Positions 10,919 to 20,334 of a DNA stretch of 64,000 nucleotides are shown one piece after another. The DNA comes from Aulosira sp. ZfuVER01. Its GTDB lineage: Bacteria; Cyanobacteriota; Cyanobacteriia; Cyanobacteriales; Nostocaceae. Numbering within the stretch: position 1 is the first letter of the stretch; each line of letters begins with the position of its first letter. A program made the translations under genes and the position numbers. The notes under the pieces are model-generated. The model did not search any database and had not been told where the DNA came from. It saw only the letters and a program-made list of their open reading frames with translations. The stretch spans positions 1 to 64,000 of the forward strand of contig JAVRCV020000022.1 in NCBI GenBank assembly GCA_034530615.2, written 5' to 3'.

Positions 10919-11175
10919 GCTTTTACTATCAAATTAAAAAGATGCATTGAGGACAGTCCATCGCAAATGAAATGGCTACTCAACAATAAATGAAAATTGT
11001 AACTATTACTTACTGAAAAATGAATTTAACGCCAAAATGACGACTGGAATACTCATGCCGCCCATAAATTCTTGTATAACTAAACTGGTTAGCTGACACT
11101 CGCGGTACAAAAATATCTTGCTACATGACAACTGAAAGTGCAAATATAAGAACTAGAAATTTCAAAGAGGTAATT

Positions 11176-11454
11176 ATGGTTCCGCTGGAATGGGTTGTCA
11201 TGCTGGCGTGGAACAAAGAGTGTGGCGAAACTCTAAAATTATTGCGTGGTAAAAGGTCTAGACGCGAAATTGCAGATGCTGTTTCTCAGCAAGGTGTGGA
11301 ATGCTCACAAGAGTACATCAGAAAACTGGAAAACGGTGAAGCCGCCTCTGTTTCCACAAAAATTATCATTACAATTGCTAAAACCCTTGATGTTGAATTG
11401 ATTGAGATAATTTCTGACTTGCGTGTTGAAGTCACAAAAATAGTTTGTACTTAG
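11176..11454 (+). CDS. XRE-family HTH transcriptional regulator
   Basis: LKLLRGKRSRREIA...SQEYIRKLENG HTH pattern; GAGG RBS before ATG 11176. Confidence 0.8.
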   Translation: MVPLEWVVMLAWNKECGETLKLLRGKRSRREIADAVSQQGVECSQEYIRKLENGEAASVSTKIIITIAKTLDVELIEIISDLRVEVTKIVCT

Positions 11455-11570
11455 AGTTGCTTTTTGTACTCTGAGTTGTTATTTTAGATAATGTCAAAGC
11501 AAAAGGCGATCGCTCAGAGCCTGGAAAACTTGTGCGATCGCCTTTTAATCCTTTAACAGGAAATACCATT

Positions 11571-12242
11571 ATGACTCAAACCATCTATAGCTATCAACAG
11601 CTGCAACACAAATCCATAGCTCGACTTAAGCACATCTACAACGAAATGATCTGCAAGGTTGAGGTACTTGACAAGCGGTGCAAGGATGCTTGGATTAATG
11701 CCATAGCTGAGTATCAAGCTAGCAGAGTTCAGACAGTGGTTGATACTACCCTTGAAGAACATGCCACAGCCGAAGCTATTGCTCCGCAACTAATAACAGT
11801 AGCAATCAACTTCTGCCACCATGAAGTCTACGTAGGTAAAAAACTTATAGCTTACATGGTCTACGATGATGACGAATTTATTATGCAACCTTGGTTGGTT
11901 ATGGTTAAAGGCAAAGAAATTTTCCGCGCCACTACATCTGCCAAATGCTTGCGCTACATTCAATGGCATTACCAGGACGGCACACTCAACCCATTCGACC
12001 AAGTTGAATTGGCTGAAGTCCCAGAAGTCCCGACAATTATGAAAATTTCTTTTTACGAGCAAGAAGCATTTGTTGGTGAGCAACTGATAGCTAGGATTAG
12101 CTACGACTATGGAAATTATGAGAATCTATACTGGCGGGTGATAATTAACGCTAATGAGATTTTTCGAGACATTAGCCCAGCCAGATGTCACAGTTACATT
12201 AAACAACTGTACCAGCAAGGTAAACTCCCATTACAAGAGTAG
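11571..12242 (+). CDS. Hypothetical phage-like protein with a duplicated domain of about 70 aa
   Basis: Two copies of I.F...E..VG..LIA...YD.......W.V.....EIFR....A.C..YI...YQ.G.L; AGGA RBS. Confidence 0.7.
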   Translation: MTQTIYSYQQLQHKSIARLKHIYNEMICKVEVLDKRCKDAWINAIAEYQASRVQTVVDTTLEEHATAEAIAPQLITVAINFCHHEVYVGKKLIAYMVYDDDEFIMQPWLVMVKGKEIFRATTSAKCLRYIQWHYQDGTLNPFDQVELAEVPEVPTIMKISFYEQEAFVGEQLIARISYDYGNYENLYWRVIINANEIFRDISPARCHSYIKQLYQQGKLPLQE

Positions 12243-12490
12243 TTAGACCTAGAAAAACATTTGCTATCAAATAGCAATTTTTTGCCTACGACTGATATAT
12301 CTCTGCAATACTTGAACTCTTACCCCTAGAGAATAGCGATCGCTTCTTTCGGATGAGGCGCAAGTTCAGTAATTAGTAACAGTCTCAAACTAACTGTGAG
12401 CAGTAATACAAATTACTGCTTACTCCTACATGCATTTTTTCAAAAGTGATATTGCGTCAACGAAGTTTCACGTTGGCAAGGAGGTAAAAG

Positions 12491-13555
12491 ATGAGTGCTA
12501 TTGTCTCATCGAACAAAATATCTGTGCTTGTCATATTACGACGAGAGTATCTGGAAATTACTGGTAACTTCTGTGCTGCCAAGTTAATTGAATATTTCAG
12601 ACATTGGACAAAGTGGAAGCTGAAAAATCATCGCACTCCTTGGGTATATCAACCACTCAAGAAAATCTATGCTGACCTCATGGGTGAACATAGCTTACAT
12701 GTTATTAGGAGTGCGATCGCTTTGCTTGAGAGTATGGGTATTATCGAGAAACAGAAAAATCCAGGTAATAGGCAGGATAAAACTTGGCAGTATAAATTAC
12801 ACCATGATGTACTCAATCAGCTATTGGAACATCGCAAGGGCAAAACTGAACCTTCCAAATTCACTGTAGAATCACATCTTAGATCAGATCCTGAAACTTC
12901 TAAACCACAACAACATGCTGTTGAGGAAAAAAAGCATGAAAACGTGGAAGAAGAAGTTCTCTCACTCCAAACCGATATTTGCGATTACGATCAGGAGTCA
13001 GTTCGCCACGCTGCACAAGCAGAACAAACTAAAATTACTCACTTTGTTGATGAATCAGAACAAGATGACTCAACTGACGAAATAGATCCTGATAAAGACA
13101 TATTTTCCGAACCGGAAGTTGTTAGCGAAGCGGTAGCGAGTCTTCTCCCAAGGGGAGACGCTAAGAGCGAACGAGCGTCAGTCGATTCAAGTATGGATAA
13201 GCCCAGCAAGCGCGAGATTGCAGATATCTGCACTGAGTTGCGGCGACTGCGGATTAACCCTGAACCTTGTTTGGGGGTAATGAAGAAATATTGGAGGAAT
13301 GTGCAAGGTGCGATCGCTCGTGTAAAGGAAGCAATTCACGAGGAATGGTGCGATAATCCGACTGGGTTGTTTATCAATAGTTGCAAGAGTGGGGCTAAGG
13401 GGAAGAATACACTAACAAACGATGTGAGTGCTTGGTTTGAGTGGGCAAGGAAGCAGAGGATTGCGATCGCAATGTCACAGGGATTTGTGTATACACCTTC
13501 GGGGGATGCAGTGAAAATTGAGGAGATGATGAGTCAGTATCCGTTGCAAGAGTAA
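12491..13555 (+). CDS. Putative phage/plasmid replication initiator-like protein (N-terminal winged helix)
   Basis: AGGAGG RBS; ITGNFCAAKLIEYF...WVYQ...IRSAIALLESMGII resembles phage replication-protein N-termini; acidic linker; NPTGLFI C-terminal domain. Confidence 0.55.
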   Translation: MSAIVSSNKISVLVILRREYLEITGNFCAAKLIEYFRHWTKWKLKNHRTPWVYQPLKKIYADLMGEHSLHVIRSAIALLESMGIIEKQKNPGNRQDKTWQYKLHHDVLNQLLEHRKGKTEPSKFTVESHLRSDPETSKPQQHAVEEKKHENVEEEVLSLQTDICDYDQESVRHAAQAEQTKITHFVDESEQDDSTDEIDPDKDIFSEPEVVSEAVASLLPRGDAKSERASVDSSMDKPSKREIADICTELRRLRINPEPCLGVMKKYWRNVQGAIARVKEAIHEEWCDNPTGLFINSCKSGAKGKNTLTNDVSAWFEWARKQRIAIAMSQGFVYTPSGDAVKIEEMMSQYPLQE

Positions 13556-13797
13556 GCTCGTATGAGTGGGTAGTCAGTTTAGATCTGGTTAAACTTAACA
13601 AAATACTAAATGACATCAGACAATTGATATACCACAAACCGCAAGTGAGGATATCGATACGCAGCAACAGTTACCAGTATGGCTAAAATTTCCATCGTAA
13701 TAAATAGCAACCTGAACCCACGCCAAGAACTTGTTCAAGGCTTCCAGGCAATAAACTATCAACTGCCATCAAAGGTTCAAAGATTCACTCGGCTACA

Positions 13798-14298
13798 TCA
13801 AGAGCGAAAACTTGTATCTACTCTTTGTGTAACCTCTCCTCGCTCTACCTTCACCAAATTATCCCTGGCAGCAATAGTAATATACAAAGCAATTCCACAA
13901 TCAACTGCTGCCATGACCAAGGCTGCTGATAAAGTTTTAGTCCCTCCAGTGTAATCAGCCATAATCTCATAACTTGCTTCTTGCTGCAAATTACGGATGA
14001 AAGTGTAAATCTTGGGATAGCACTCGCTTAAATTATCTGGATTTTGTACCAGAATTAAATCTCGTTCTTGTTGAAAGCGATCGCCCAAGCTCACTTGTGT
14101 GGGAATATTGGGTAATCTTTCGATAACTTCTGTACCCCGACGCACTTCACAAGGAGTTCCTTCGCCGACGACTTGCGATTTACTACCTTTTTCACCATCA
14201 GAAGCAATAAAAATTACGCGATCGGGTTGCAAGCTGCGAATGGCTGTGATGATGGGTTGGAAGGAACCGCCAACGGTAACGAGCAGGATTTTGGGCAT
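13798..14298 (-). CDS. Stand-alone CARF domain protein (paralog of the N-terminus of the adjacent CARF-HEPN)
   Basis: TVGGSFQPI and ADYTGGTKTLS CARF motifs; no effector domain. Confidence 0.8.
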   Translation of the reverse strand: MPKILLVTVGGSFQPIITAIRSLQPDRVIFIASDGEKGSKSQVVGEGTPCEVRRGTEVIERLPNIPTQVSLGDRFQQERDLILVQNPDNLSECYPKIYTFIRNLQQEASYEIMADYTGGTKTLSAALVMAAVDCGIALYITIAARDNLVKVERGEVTQRVDTSFRS

Positions 14299-14315
14299 TT
14301 TTATAGATAATATTA

Positions 14316-15653
14316 TCAAATACTAATAACGTGAGGGAATTGCACTGACTGCAATTTTAAATTGCCAGGAACAACCGCAGCAATAGCAACCTCAATAAAT
14401 GGAATGACAACCTTGCTAAAACTTTGATAGTCACTATTATTAATAGGGCGCAAGCCATGAGCTAAAATTGAATAGTTACGGATTTTTAAAGCGTTAAGAA
14501 TAGCATTTTCTTTTTCTTGATACATTAGCCCCAATGTATCATTACTAAGTTCGCTTAAAAGTTCATAACTTTTTCTTAATGCAAGTTCAATTTTATTATT
14601 GCTTGGAGAACGCATAAATTTATATTTTTCTTGTACTAATTCTGGTAATTTTTCAATATTTACATCTCCAGTTTTGATTTGATATCTTTTCCACAGATGA
14701 ACCTGAGCTAATAGCTCTAAAGCACGGTATAATCTTGCCACAGCATCATCATAGCGTTCTAAAATAGCTCGACGTTGTGCATTGAGGAGTAAGTCTTCTA
14801 CAATTTCATATTCATGCCCTCTTATTTTATCAGGAGCTTGAAATTCATCATCAACAGCTTGGCAGAATGCTTCTCTACTACCCATGACTCGCTTGAGGAA
14901 TAGTGCTGCTGGTTTAATTTCTTGGTTTCCTATGTAACGACTCAAGTATGTCCAAGCTGTTGCATGATCAAATCTATCCCAAGCATCAAATCCACTACAA
15001 CAATCTAGTAATTGTTCTACTCTTTTGGTATCTTCAGGAGATAATTCAATTTTCTGTAATAGATATTTAAGTTCTGCGATCGCTGCTGGATAATTGTATT
15101 GTTCTAAATAACCTGGTAAAAATTGCTCTATTTTGCGTTGTACTGTAACTGAAGCAAGTGCAACCCTTCTGCTACGTTCTCCCCTTTCTACACGAATTAT
15201 ATTTTCACGAGTTGAGCTAGTAGTTAAATAGACAGTTAAAGCATAGTCTAGAGATGCTATAGCTAAAGCCACAGACATTGATTTAGTTCCACCTGTGTAG
15301 TCAGCAAAGATATCACTATCTAAAACTTCCACTTTTAAACTACGTATCTTTTCAGAGATAAGACGATAACATTCTGATAAATCATCAGGGTTATTTAACA
15401 AAACTAAATCTTTGTCTGCTTGAAAGCGATCGCGTAAATTGAGTTGTGTGGGAATATTTGGTAATTTTTCAATAACTTCGTTTCCACGTCTGACTTCGCA
15501 AGGTTTACCTTCACCAATTATTTGCGATTTACTTCCCTTTGAACCATCAGAACAAATAAACACAACTCTATTAGGTTTTAAGCTAGAAATAGCTGTAACA
15601 ATAGGTTGATGAGATCCACCAACAGTAATCATCAAAATTTTTGCCATACCCAC
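14316..15653 (-). CDS. CRISPR-associated CARF-HEPN ribonuclease (TIGR02710 / Csm6-like)
   Basis: TVGGSHQPI, DYTGGTKSMS, YDDAVARLYRALE and HEPN-like RNYSILAHG motifs. Confidence 0.88.
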   Translation of the reverse strand: MGMAKILMITVGGSHQPIVTAISSLKPNRVVFICSDGSKGSKSQIIGEGKPCEVRRGNEVIEKLPNIPTQLNLRDRFQADKDLVLLNNPDDLSECYRLISEKIRSLKVEVLDSDIFADYTGGTKSMSVALAIASLDYALTVYLTTSSTRENIIRVERGERSRRVALASVTVQRKIEQFLPGYLEQYNYPAAIAELKYLLQKIELSPEDTKRVEQLLDCCSGFDAWDRFDHATAWTYLSRYIGNQEIKPAALFLKRVMGSREAFCQAVDDEFQAPDKIRGHEYEIVEDLLLNAQRRAILERYDDAVARLYRALELLAQVHLWKRYQIKTGDVNIEKLPELVQEKYKFMRSPSNNKIELALRKSYELLSELSNDTLGLMYQEKENAILNALKIRNYSILAHGLRPINNSDYQSFSKVVIPFIEVAIAAVVPGNLKLQSVQFPHVISI

Positions 15654-15656
15654 ACC

Positions 15657-16430
15657 TTAACTTGTTGATTCTTTAAACTTCAACTCTGTATGTCCCATGC
15701 CCAAGCGTGTCTTAATTCCTGTCCCTGCAAATTGAGAATATTGCACCAACAAATTCGCTACATTCGCTAGTAAAGAATCTGATCTGTTAAAAATTTGCAG
15801 TGTGACATCACCTACAAAGCCATTGACATAACCTCTTTGTAATTGCCAACTACGTGTTTGAATCTTATGATTTTTCAGTAAAACTGCATTGCTTAAATAA
15901 GCAATTAGTTCATCACCGCCTAAATAAACAGGTGCAAAATTATTCCATCGCTCTAACCAATTGCGAAACATTAATGTTGGTATGGGAACTGGTAAGGTAA
16001 CACCGCCTTGAGCGAAAGCGGTAGGTGTGGTAAATTGCAACTTAAAGTTTCTAATCGCTTCTGGTTCATTTGCCACTAAGGTTGTGTAGAGTTCTTCATA
16101 ACTATTGATGTTATCTTCGCGGTTAATAACATTAAATTTAGCCCCAATAAATTCGAGTGATTTATCTAAATTAAGTGATAATATCGCTTTAGCAGCAGGT
16201 TCTTGTAATCCAGATAACGATAATTGATAAAATTCTTGTGGTTGAAATGTTAAAAAATCTCTAGAAGTACTATATAAACCGCAAATTGCCGAACAAGATA
16301 CGGAAGGAATTTTCTCTCCTATTTCTAAGTTCATTCTATTATGTAATAGCTTTACCAATTCCAAATGGTAGGAACGGGGTAATACTGTTGGTTCGGATAC
16401 TGTTAGCGTCCAAGTTGAGCGAATTATCAT
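15657..16430 (-). CDS. cas6: crRNA processing endoribonuclease Cas6
   Basis: F.TPTAF, GFVGDV and C-terminal GTGIKTRLGMG glycine loop. Confidence 0.95.
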   Translation of the reverse strand: MIIRSTWTLTVSEPTVLPRSYHLELVKLLHNRMNLEIGEKIPSVSCSAICGLYSTSRDFLTFQPQEFYQLSLSGLQEPAAKAILSLNLDKSLEFIGAKFNVINREDNINSYEELYTTLVANEPEAIRNFKLQFTTPTAFAQGGVTLPVPIPTLMFRNWLERWNNFAPVYLGGDELIAYLSNAVLLKNHKIQTRSWQLQRGYVNGFVGDVTLQIFNRSDSLLANVANLLVQYSQFAGTGIKTRLGMGHTELKFKESTS

Positions 16431-16444
16431 ATATATTATTAATT

Positions 16445-17725
16445 TTATAAAATTTTAAATTTAACCCATCCTGGTACAAAGCGAATTTCCCCATTGGAAT
16501 TAAGTACAGTTCGTCGTGACTTTGGAGCTTCAAATTTTGGAGCAGCAATACCGCATCGATTGCGAATTTCTGCGCGTAATTCATCGTCAAACAATAAATC
16601 AACTGTTGTTCCTGTCATCCCGCTACCCCAACCTAAGCGCAGAGTAAAAGGACATACTTCTGGATGATAAAATTCACGAACATAGTTAAAATCTAAGTTT
16701 CTTCCAGATGCTCTAGGATTATTTTTAATATCCTGCCAATAGTCATGTTCATGATCCCACTGGTCTTGACTGAAATCTTGACAAATTTTCAATAGTTCAT
16801 CTAAGGTATTAAAGGGTATTTTCATGCCTTGTTTATGCTTGAACCAAGCTAGCATTTCTGTATCTAATCTCAGAGTGAATTCGGTCTCTACATTACGTAC
16901 CATCTCTGCATAGATAGGAGCTTTATACTTAGCTAAAAAATCAGGAAATCTGCTAGAAACTATGACTTCAGGAACAATTGGTAAGTTTACAGGAATTTTT
17001 TGACCTTTTTTATTAGTTATCTTTTTTTCTATGAGTGCTTCACAATCGCTGATTTTTAGCGCTCGGAGAAAATCAGTATTTTGGCTGCGACCAGTGAAAG
17101 TTCTATCTTGATATGTTAATGTAAATTCTGAAAATAAACTCTCCATGAAGAGATGATCGTCAACAAATTTTTGGCTGTTTTTATTGCTCAGTTCTCCCAA
17201 GCGGGAGCGTAATTTTTTCTCTATCTCGCTTATCCGATTAGAAGCTGGAACTTGATAGCGATCGCTATATTTGAGAAGATGGTAAACAATCGCGGTTCTG
17301 ATCGCACCTTTAATAGAAGAACCTGGAATAAATAATCTTCCCATGCCATTGCGAATCATCGGCCTTAAATCTGTGATTCTATCTTCGGTGAGCTTTTGGC
17401 TAACGGCATATTTAGGGAAAATTAATTCACCATCTGTATCTGTTGCGTTCCACCACTGTTCGCCAAAGGCTTGTTTAAGAAGACTACTAATATCCTGACG
17501 TTCGTTAATTGCTTGGATATAATCATCTAAAAACCTTCCTCCCTGTTTCTTAAATGCTTTTGCTAGTGATTCTTGGTTAGGGAGATAGACTTTGTTGGCT
17601 GTCTGTACATATTCAAAGGGATTTAATCGGGATACTGCGGAGCCAATATGTAAAATCGGACTAGTCAGTCTGATTCTTTTTGACTCATAAACTGCTGGTT
17701 TTGTCAGGATAGGAGAAGCAAGCAT
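16445..17725 (-). CDS. csm5: Type III-A RAMP Csm5
   Basis: LHIGS, FIPGSSIKGAIRTA, RLGWGSG and PGWV motifs; gene order. Confidence 0.9.
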   Translation of the reverse strand: MLASPILTKPAVYESKRIRLTSPILHIGSAVSRLNPFEYVQTANKVYLPNQESLAKAFKKQGGRFLDDYIQAINERQDISSLLKQAFGEQWWNATDTDGELIFPKYAVSQKLTEDRITDLRPMIRNGMGRLFIPGSSIKGAIRTAIVYHLLKYSDRYQVPASNRISEIEKKLRSRLGELSNKNSQKFVDDHLFMESLFSEFTLTYQDRTFTGRSQNTDFLRALKISDCEALIEKKITNKKGQKIPVNLPIVPEVIVSSRFPDFLAKYKAPIYAEMVRNVETEFTLRLDTEMLAWFKHKQGMKIPFNTLDELLKICQDFSQDQWDHEHDYWQDIKNNPRASGRNLDFNYVREFYHPEVCPFTLRLGWGSGMTGTTVDLLFDDELRAEIRNRCGIAAPKFEAPKSRRTVLNSNGEIRFVPGWVKFKIL

Positions 17726-17729
17726 AGTG

Positions 17730-18821
17730 TTAGGAGTTTTCTACTTTAATTGGTAGGCTTAAACTAATACCACTGCGATATATAGGATGGGTTTTATAAC
17801 TACCATCTTGATTTTGCAGTTCGCTTGGTGTAACGTTAACGAGTCTCCCTCCGGGTTTTTCTGGAAAAACAGAGCCTTCAGTAAACATTCGCACCATTTG
17901 ACGGCGAATATTGCTTTGTATAATCCAGCCACCACGTTCTTGAATTTCGTAGTTACTTTTAGCGGTAATTAATTGCTCTAGTTGAGATATATCGTTTTCC
18001 CAAAATAAACTTATTAGGTAATGATGAGCAGATGCTTCTGAATATTCAACAATCTGCTGCCAATCCTCAGATAAATCTTGCCATTCAACTTTAAATCTAC
18101 CAGCACCACTAGAACGTTCGCCTCCCAAACCTTCATCGCCTAAAAGTTCCAATGCGTATTGCAATTTTGTTGCTAGCTCTGCATTTTCTTGAGAAAGTTG
18201 CAATAAAAAATATAGGCCTGATAAACTATTAATTTGGCTATTTTCTTGCTGCCATTCAAACTGGACAAATGCGGTGTGATAGAGGTTTGTTGCTCTTGTA
18301 ATTCGGTCTATAGCAATTTTGGGTATTTTCTCAATTTTAAAAGCTTGTTTGTAATCAAAAGTGCCTTCATCATCGAGTTCGCCACCGTTATCGCCGTTAG
18401 TTCTAGAAATCAGCTCATCGCGGTCTGCTGATGTAAATCCAACGCCTTGATACCAGCGCTTCCAGACTTTAAGTGGTAAGTAATTAAGTTTCTTGTAAGT
18501 CTTGAAAAATGCTAAATCATCACCCTGGGGATAATTAATAGGCGGTTTCAAAGGCCGAGGAAGATAATAAACTGTTCTTTTGTCAATTTGCCGATAAATA
18601 AAAGTGGAACTAATTCGCATTGGTGGGGGTGATTCGTGACAAAATCTGTTTAATAACCCATCAATTTCTTGTGAATACAACCTTGCATAGGCACTCATCC
18701 AAGCACTAAATAAAGTATCAGAATGTACTCGTTCAGTAGTTGATTCCATCCCGATACCCAATTCCCCAAAATGCGCTGAACAACGCTCAAAATTGAGTTT
18801 AACTAGTTTCCAAGTTGTCAT
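17730..18821 (-). CDS. csm4: Type III-A RAMP Csm4
   Basis: HFGE, HSDTLFSA, GLGGERSSGAG and FTEGSVF motifs. Confidence 0.92.
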   Translation of the reverse strand: MTTWKLVKLNFERCSAHFGELGIGMESTTERVHSDTLFSAWMSAYARLYSQEIDGLLNRFCHESPPPMRISSTFIYRQIDKRTVYYLPRPLKPPINYPQGDDLAFFKTYKKLNYLPLKVWKRWYQGVGFTSADRDELISRTNGDNGGELDDEGTFDYKQAFKIEKIPKIAIDRITRATNLYHTAFVQFEWQQENSQINSLSGLYFLLQLSQENAELATKLQYALELLGDEGLGGERSSGAGRFKVEWQDLSEDWQQIVEYSEASAHHYLISLFWENDISQLEQLITAKSNYEIQERGGWIIQSNIRRQMVRMFTEGSVFPEKPGGRLVNVTPSELQNQDGSYKTHPIYRSGISLSLPIKVENS

Positions 18822-18863
18822 ACCCTTAGTTTTTCTGTTGAGTTCGCGTTAGGCGTATTTAGA

Positions 18864-19913
18864 TTAATTGCTATTTCCGTCTGCTGGTGGTAAACGCCGT
18901 AGAATATCATCACGCACACGAACGAAGTTATCTAGTAATGCTTGGGTGTTAGCAACGGGTTCAATTGTGGCTAAATCTGAACTACCGCCAGGGGTGCTAG
19001 TAATACGGCGGTATTGATCTAAGCTACGGTAGGAGAAGTTAAAGTTTTGAAATTTGACTTTACCGTAACCGCGAGAACCATGTCCGCCAAGTGCATCGTC
19101 TTCTAGAATAGCGAGTGCGATCGCAATATTTTGTAAATCCTCTACAGCTTGTTCTCTATCTTCAACAGTATAAATTAATTCAAAGTTAAACTTTGAGCCA
19201 GCTGGCACACGTTCTAACTGACGAGGGTTAGCAGCCGCAGTTACACGATCGATGCCGTTTTCAAATTTCCACTCTGTCATAAACAAACCTGTGTCAACTT
19301 TCTTGAGTTGTTCGGCAGATTCGGTTAACAAATGACAATCTCGGATAATCAACCGTGCAGGACAGTTGCGTCCTTTAACTTTGAGAAACTCTTTGACAAC
19401 TTCTCCTGTATTTAGTTGTGCCTGATTATTTTCTACAAATCTGCCTATTTTAGCTTCATTAACCCAAGCAATATAACGGGATGAGCTATTTGGTATGCGT
19501 TCTAATGCTTGCAATTCAACTTGTTCTTTTTCTACCCAACAATTGCTACCAGTTGAACCAAACAGCCGAGATACTTGGCAGCTATTCGCGCCTTCATAAC
19601 GTATTAATAGCCTCTCAATCTCTGTAAATCCATGTTCTAAATCATCGCTTTCATAACGATAAGTACCACTACCTCCGGTACGATTTAGAGGTTTATTTAA
19701 TAACCGTTCTAAGATGGAGCGCAATTTGCCTTTGATAGATGAACCTGGGAGATAAGGATATTGAGTAATTGGGTCACGGATAACGGGTTTGTCTAATCCA
19801 CCAATATCCAAATTTTCACCACCACCACCAATGTGTAAGCCAGTTTCAACTACTAATTGAGTGTTGATTGTGACTTTACCAAGTAAAGGTTTTTGTTCGA
19901 TTGATGCAGGCAT
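18864..19913 (-). CDS. csm3: Type III-A backbone RNase Csm3 (with an insertion)
   Basis: TGLHIGG, IGGLDKPVIRDP (catalytic Asp), PGSSIKGKLRS, KFENGIDR and LGGHGSRGYG motifs. Confidence 0.93.
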   Translation of the reverse strand: MPASIEQKPLLGKVTINTQLVVETGLHIGGGGENLDIGGLDKPVIRDPITQYPYLPGSSIKGKLRSILERLLNKPLNRTGGSGTYRYESDDLEHGFTEIERLLIRYEGANSCQVSRLFGSTGSNCWVEKEQVELQALERIPNSSSRYIAWVNEAKIGRFVENNQAQLNTGEVVKEFLKVKGRNCPARLIIRDCHLLTESAEQLKKVDTGLFMTEWKFENGIDRVTAAANPRQLERVPAGSKFNFELIYTVEDREQAVEDLQNIAIALAILEDDALGGHGSRGYGKVKFQNFNFSYRSLDQYRRITSTPGGSSDLATIEPVANTQALLDNFVRVRDDILRRLPPADGNSN

Positions 19914-19915
19914 GA

Positions 19916-20332
19916 TTATCTTCCACCTTCTGCTTTATGATAGGCAATAATTGATTCAAGCAATTGAACTAGACGTTCAAAATCTTCTTTACTAGAAACT
20001 TTATCAATTGCTGCTGACATGACATCGCCTAATGGTTTAGCAGCCTTTTGTCTAGCAGCAGCATAAGCCAGTTTTGGTTTCAGTAAAACTACTTCTGTTT
20101 CAATGGCTGCAAAGTTATCTTTTTCTGTTAATTCAGCTTTTAAACGGTTGATTGCATCTAAAAATTTTCTGACCTGGTTTGTTTCTAGCCGTTGTTGTTT
20201 AAGATATGGGCCAAATTTCTCAGCATGTTGTACTAATTCACGAATAGGATAGGATTTCAGTCCATCATTCAAACCTTTAATTTTTGCGATAATTTCTTCA
20301 ACAATTGTTTTTTGCGTATTGGTTTCTGCCAT
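19916..20332 (-). CDS. csm2: Type III-A small subunit Csm2
   Basis: TNQVRKF, LKPKLAYAAAR and ESIIAYHK motifs. Confidence 0.93.
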   Translation of the reverse strand: MAETNTQKTIVEEIIAKIKGLNDGLKSYPIRELVQHAEKFGPYLKQQRLETNQVRKFLDAINRLKAELTEKDNFAAIETEVVLLKPKLAYAAARQKAAKPLGDVMSAAIDKVSSKEDFERLVQLLESIIAYHKAEGGR

Positions 20333-20334
20333 AA

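Noticed and set aside
10919..10937. fdxN ending as ...YSQKLLLSN* (an uninterrupted gene)
   Set aside because: These codons come from element sequence; the true C-terminus is at 50559-50624
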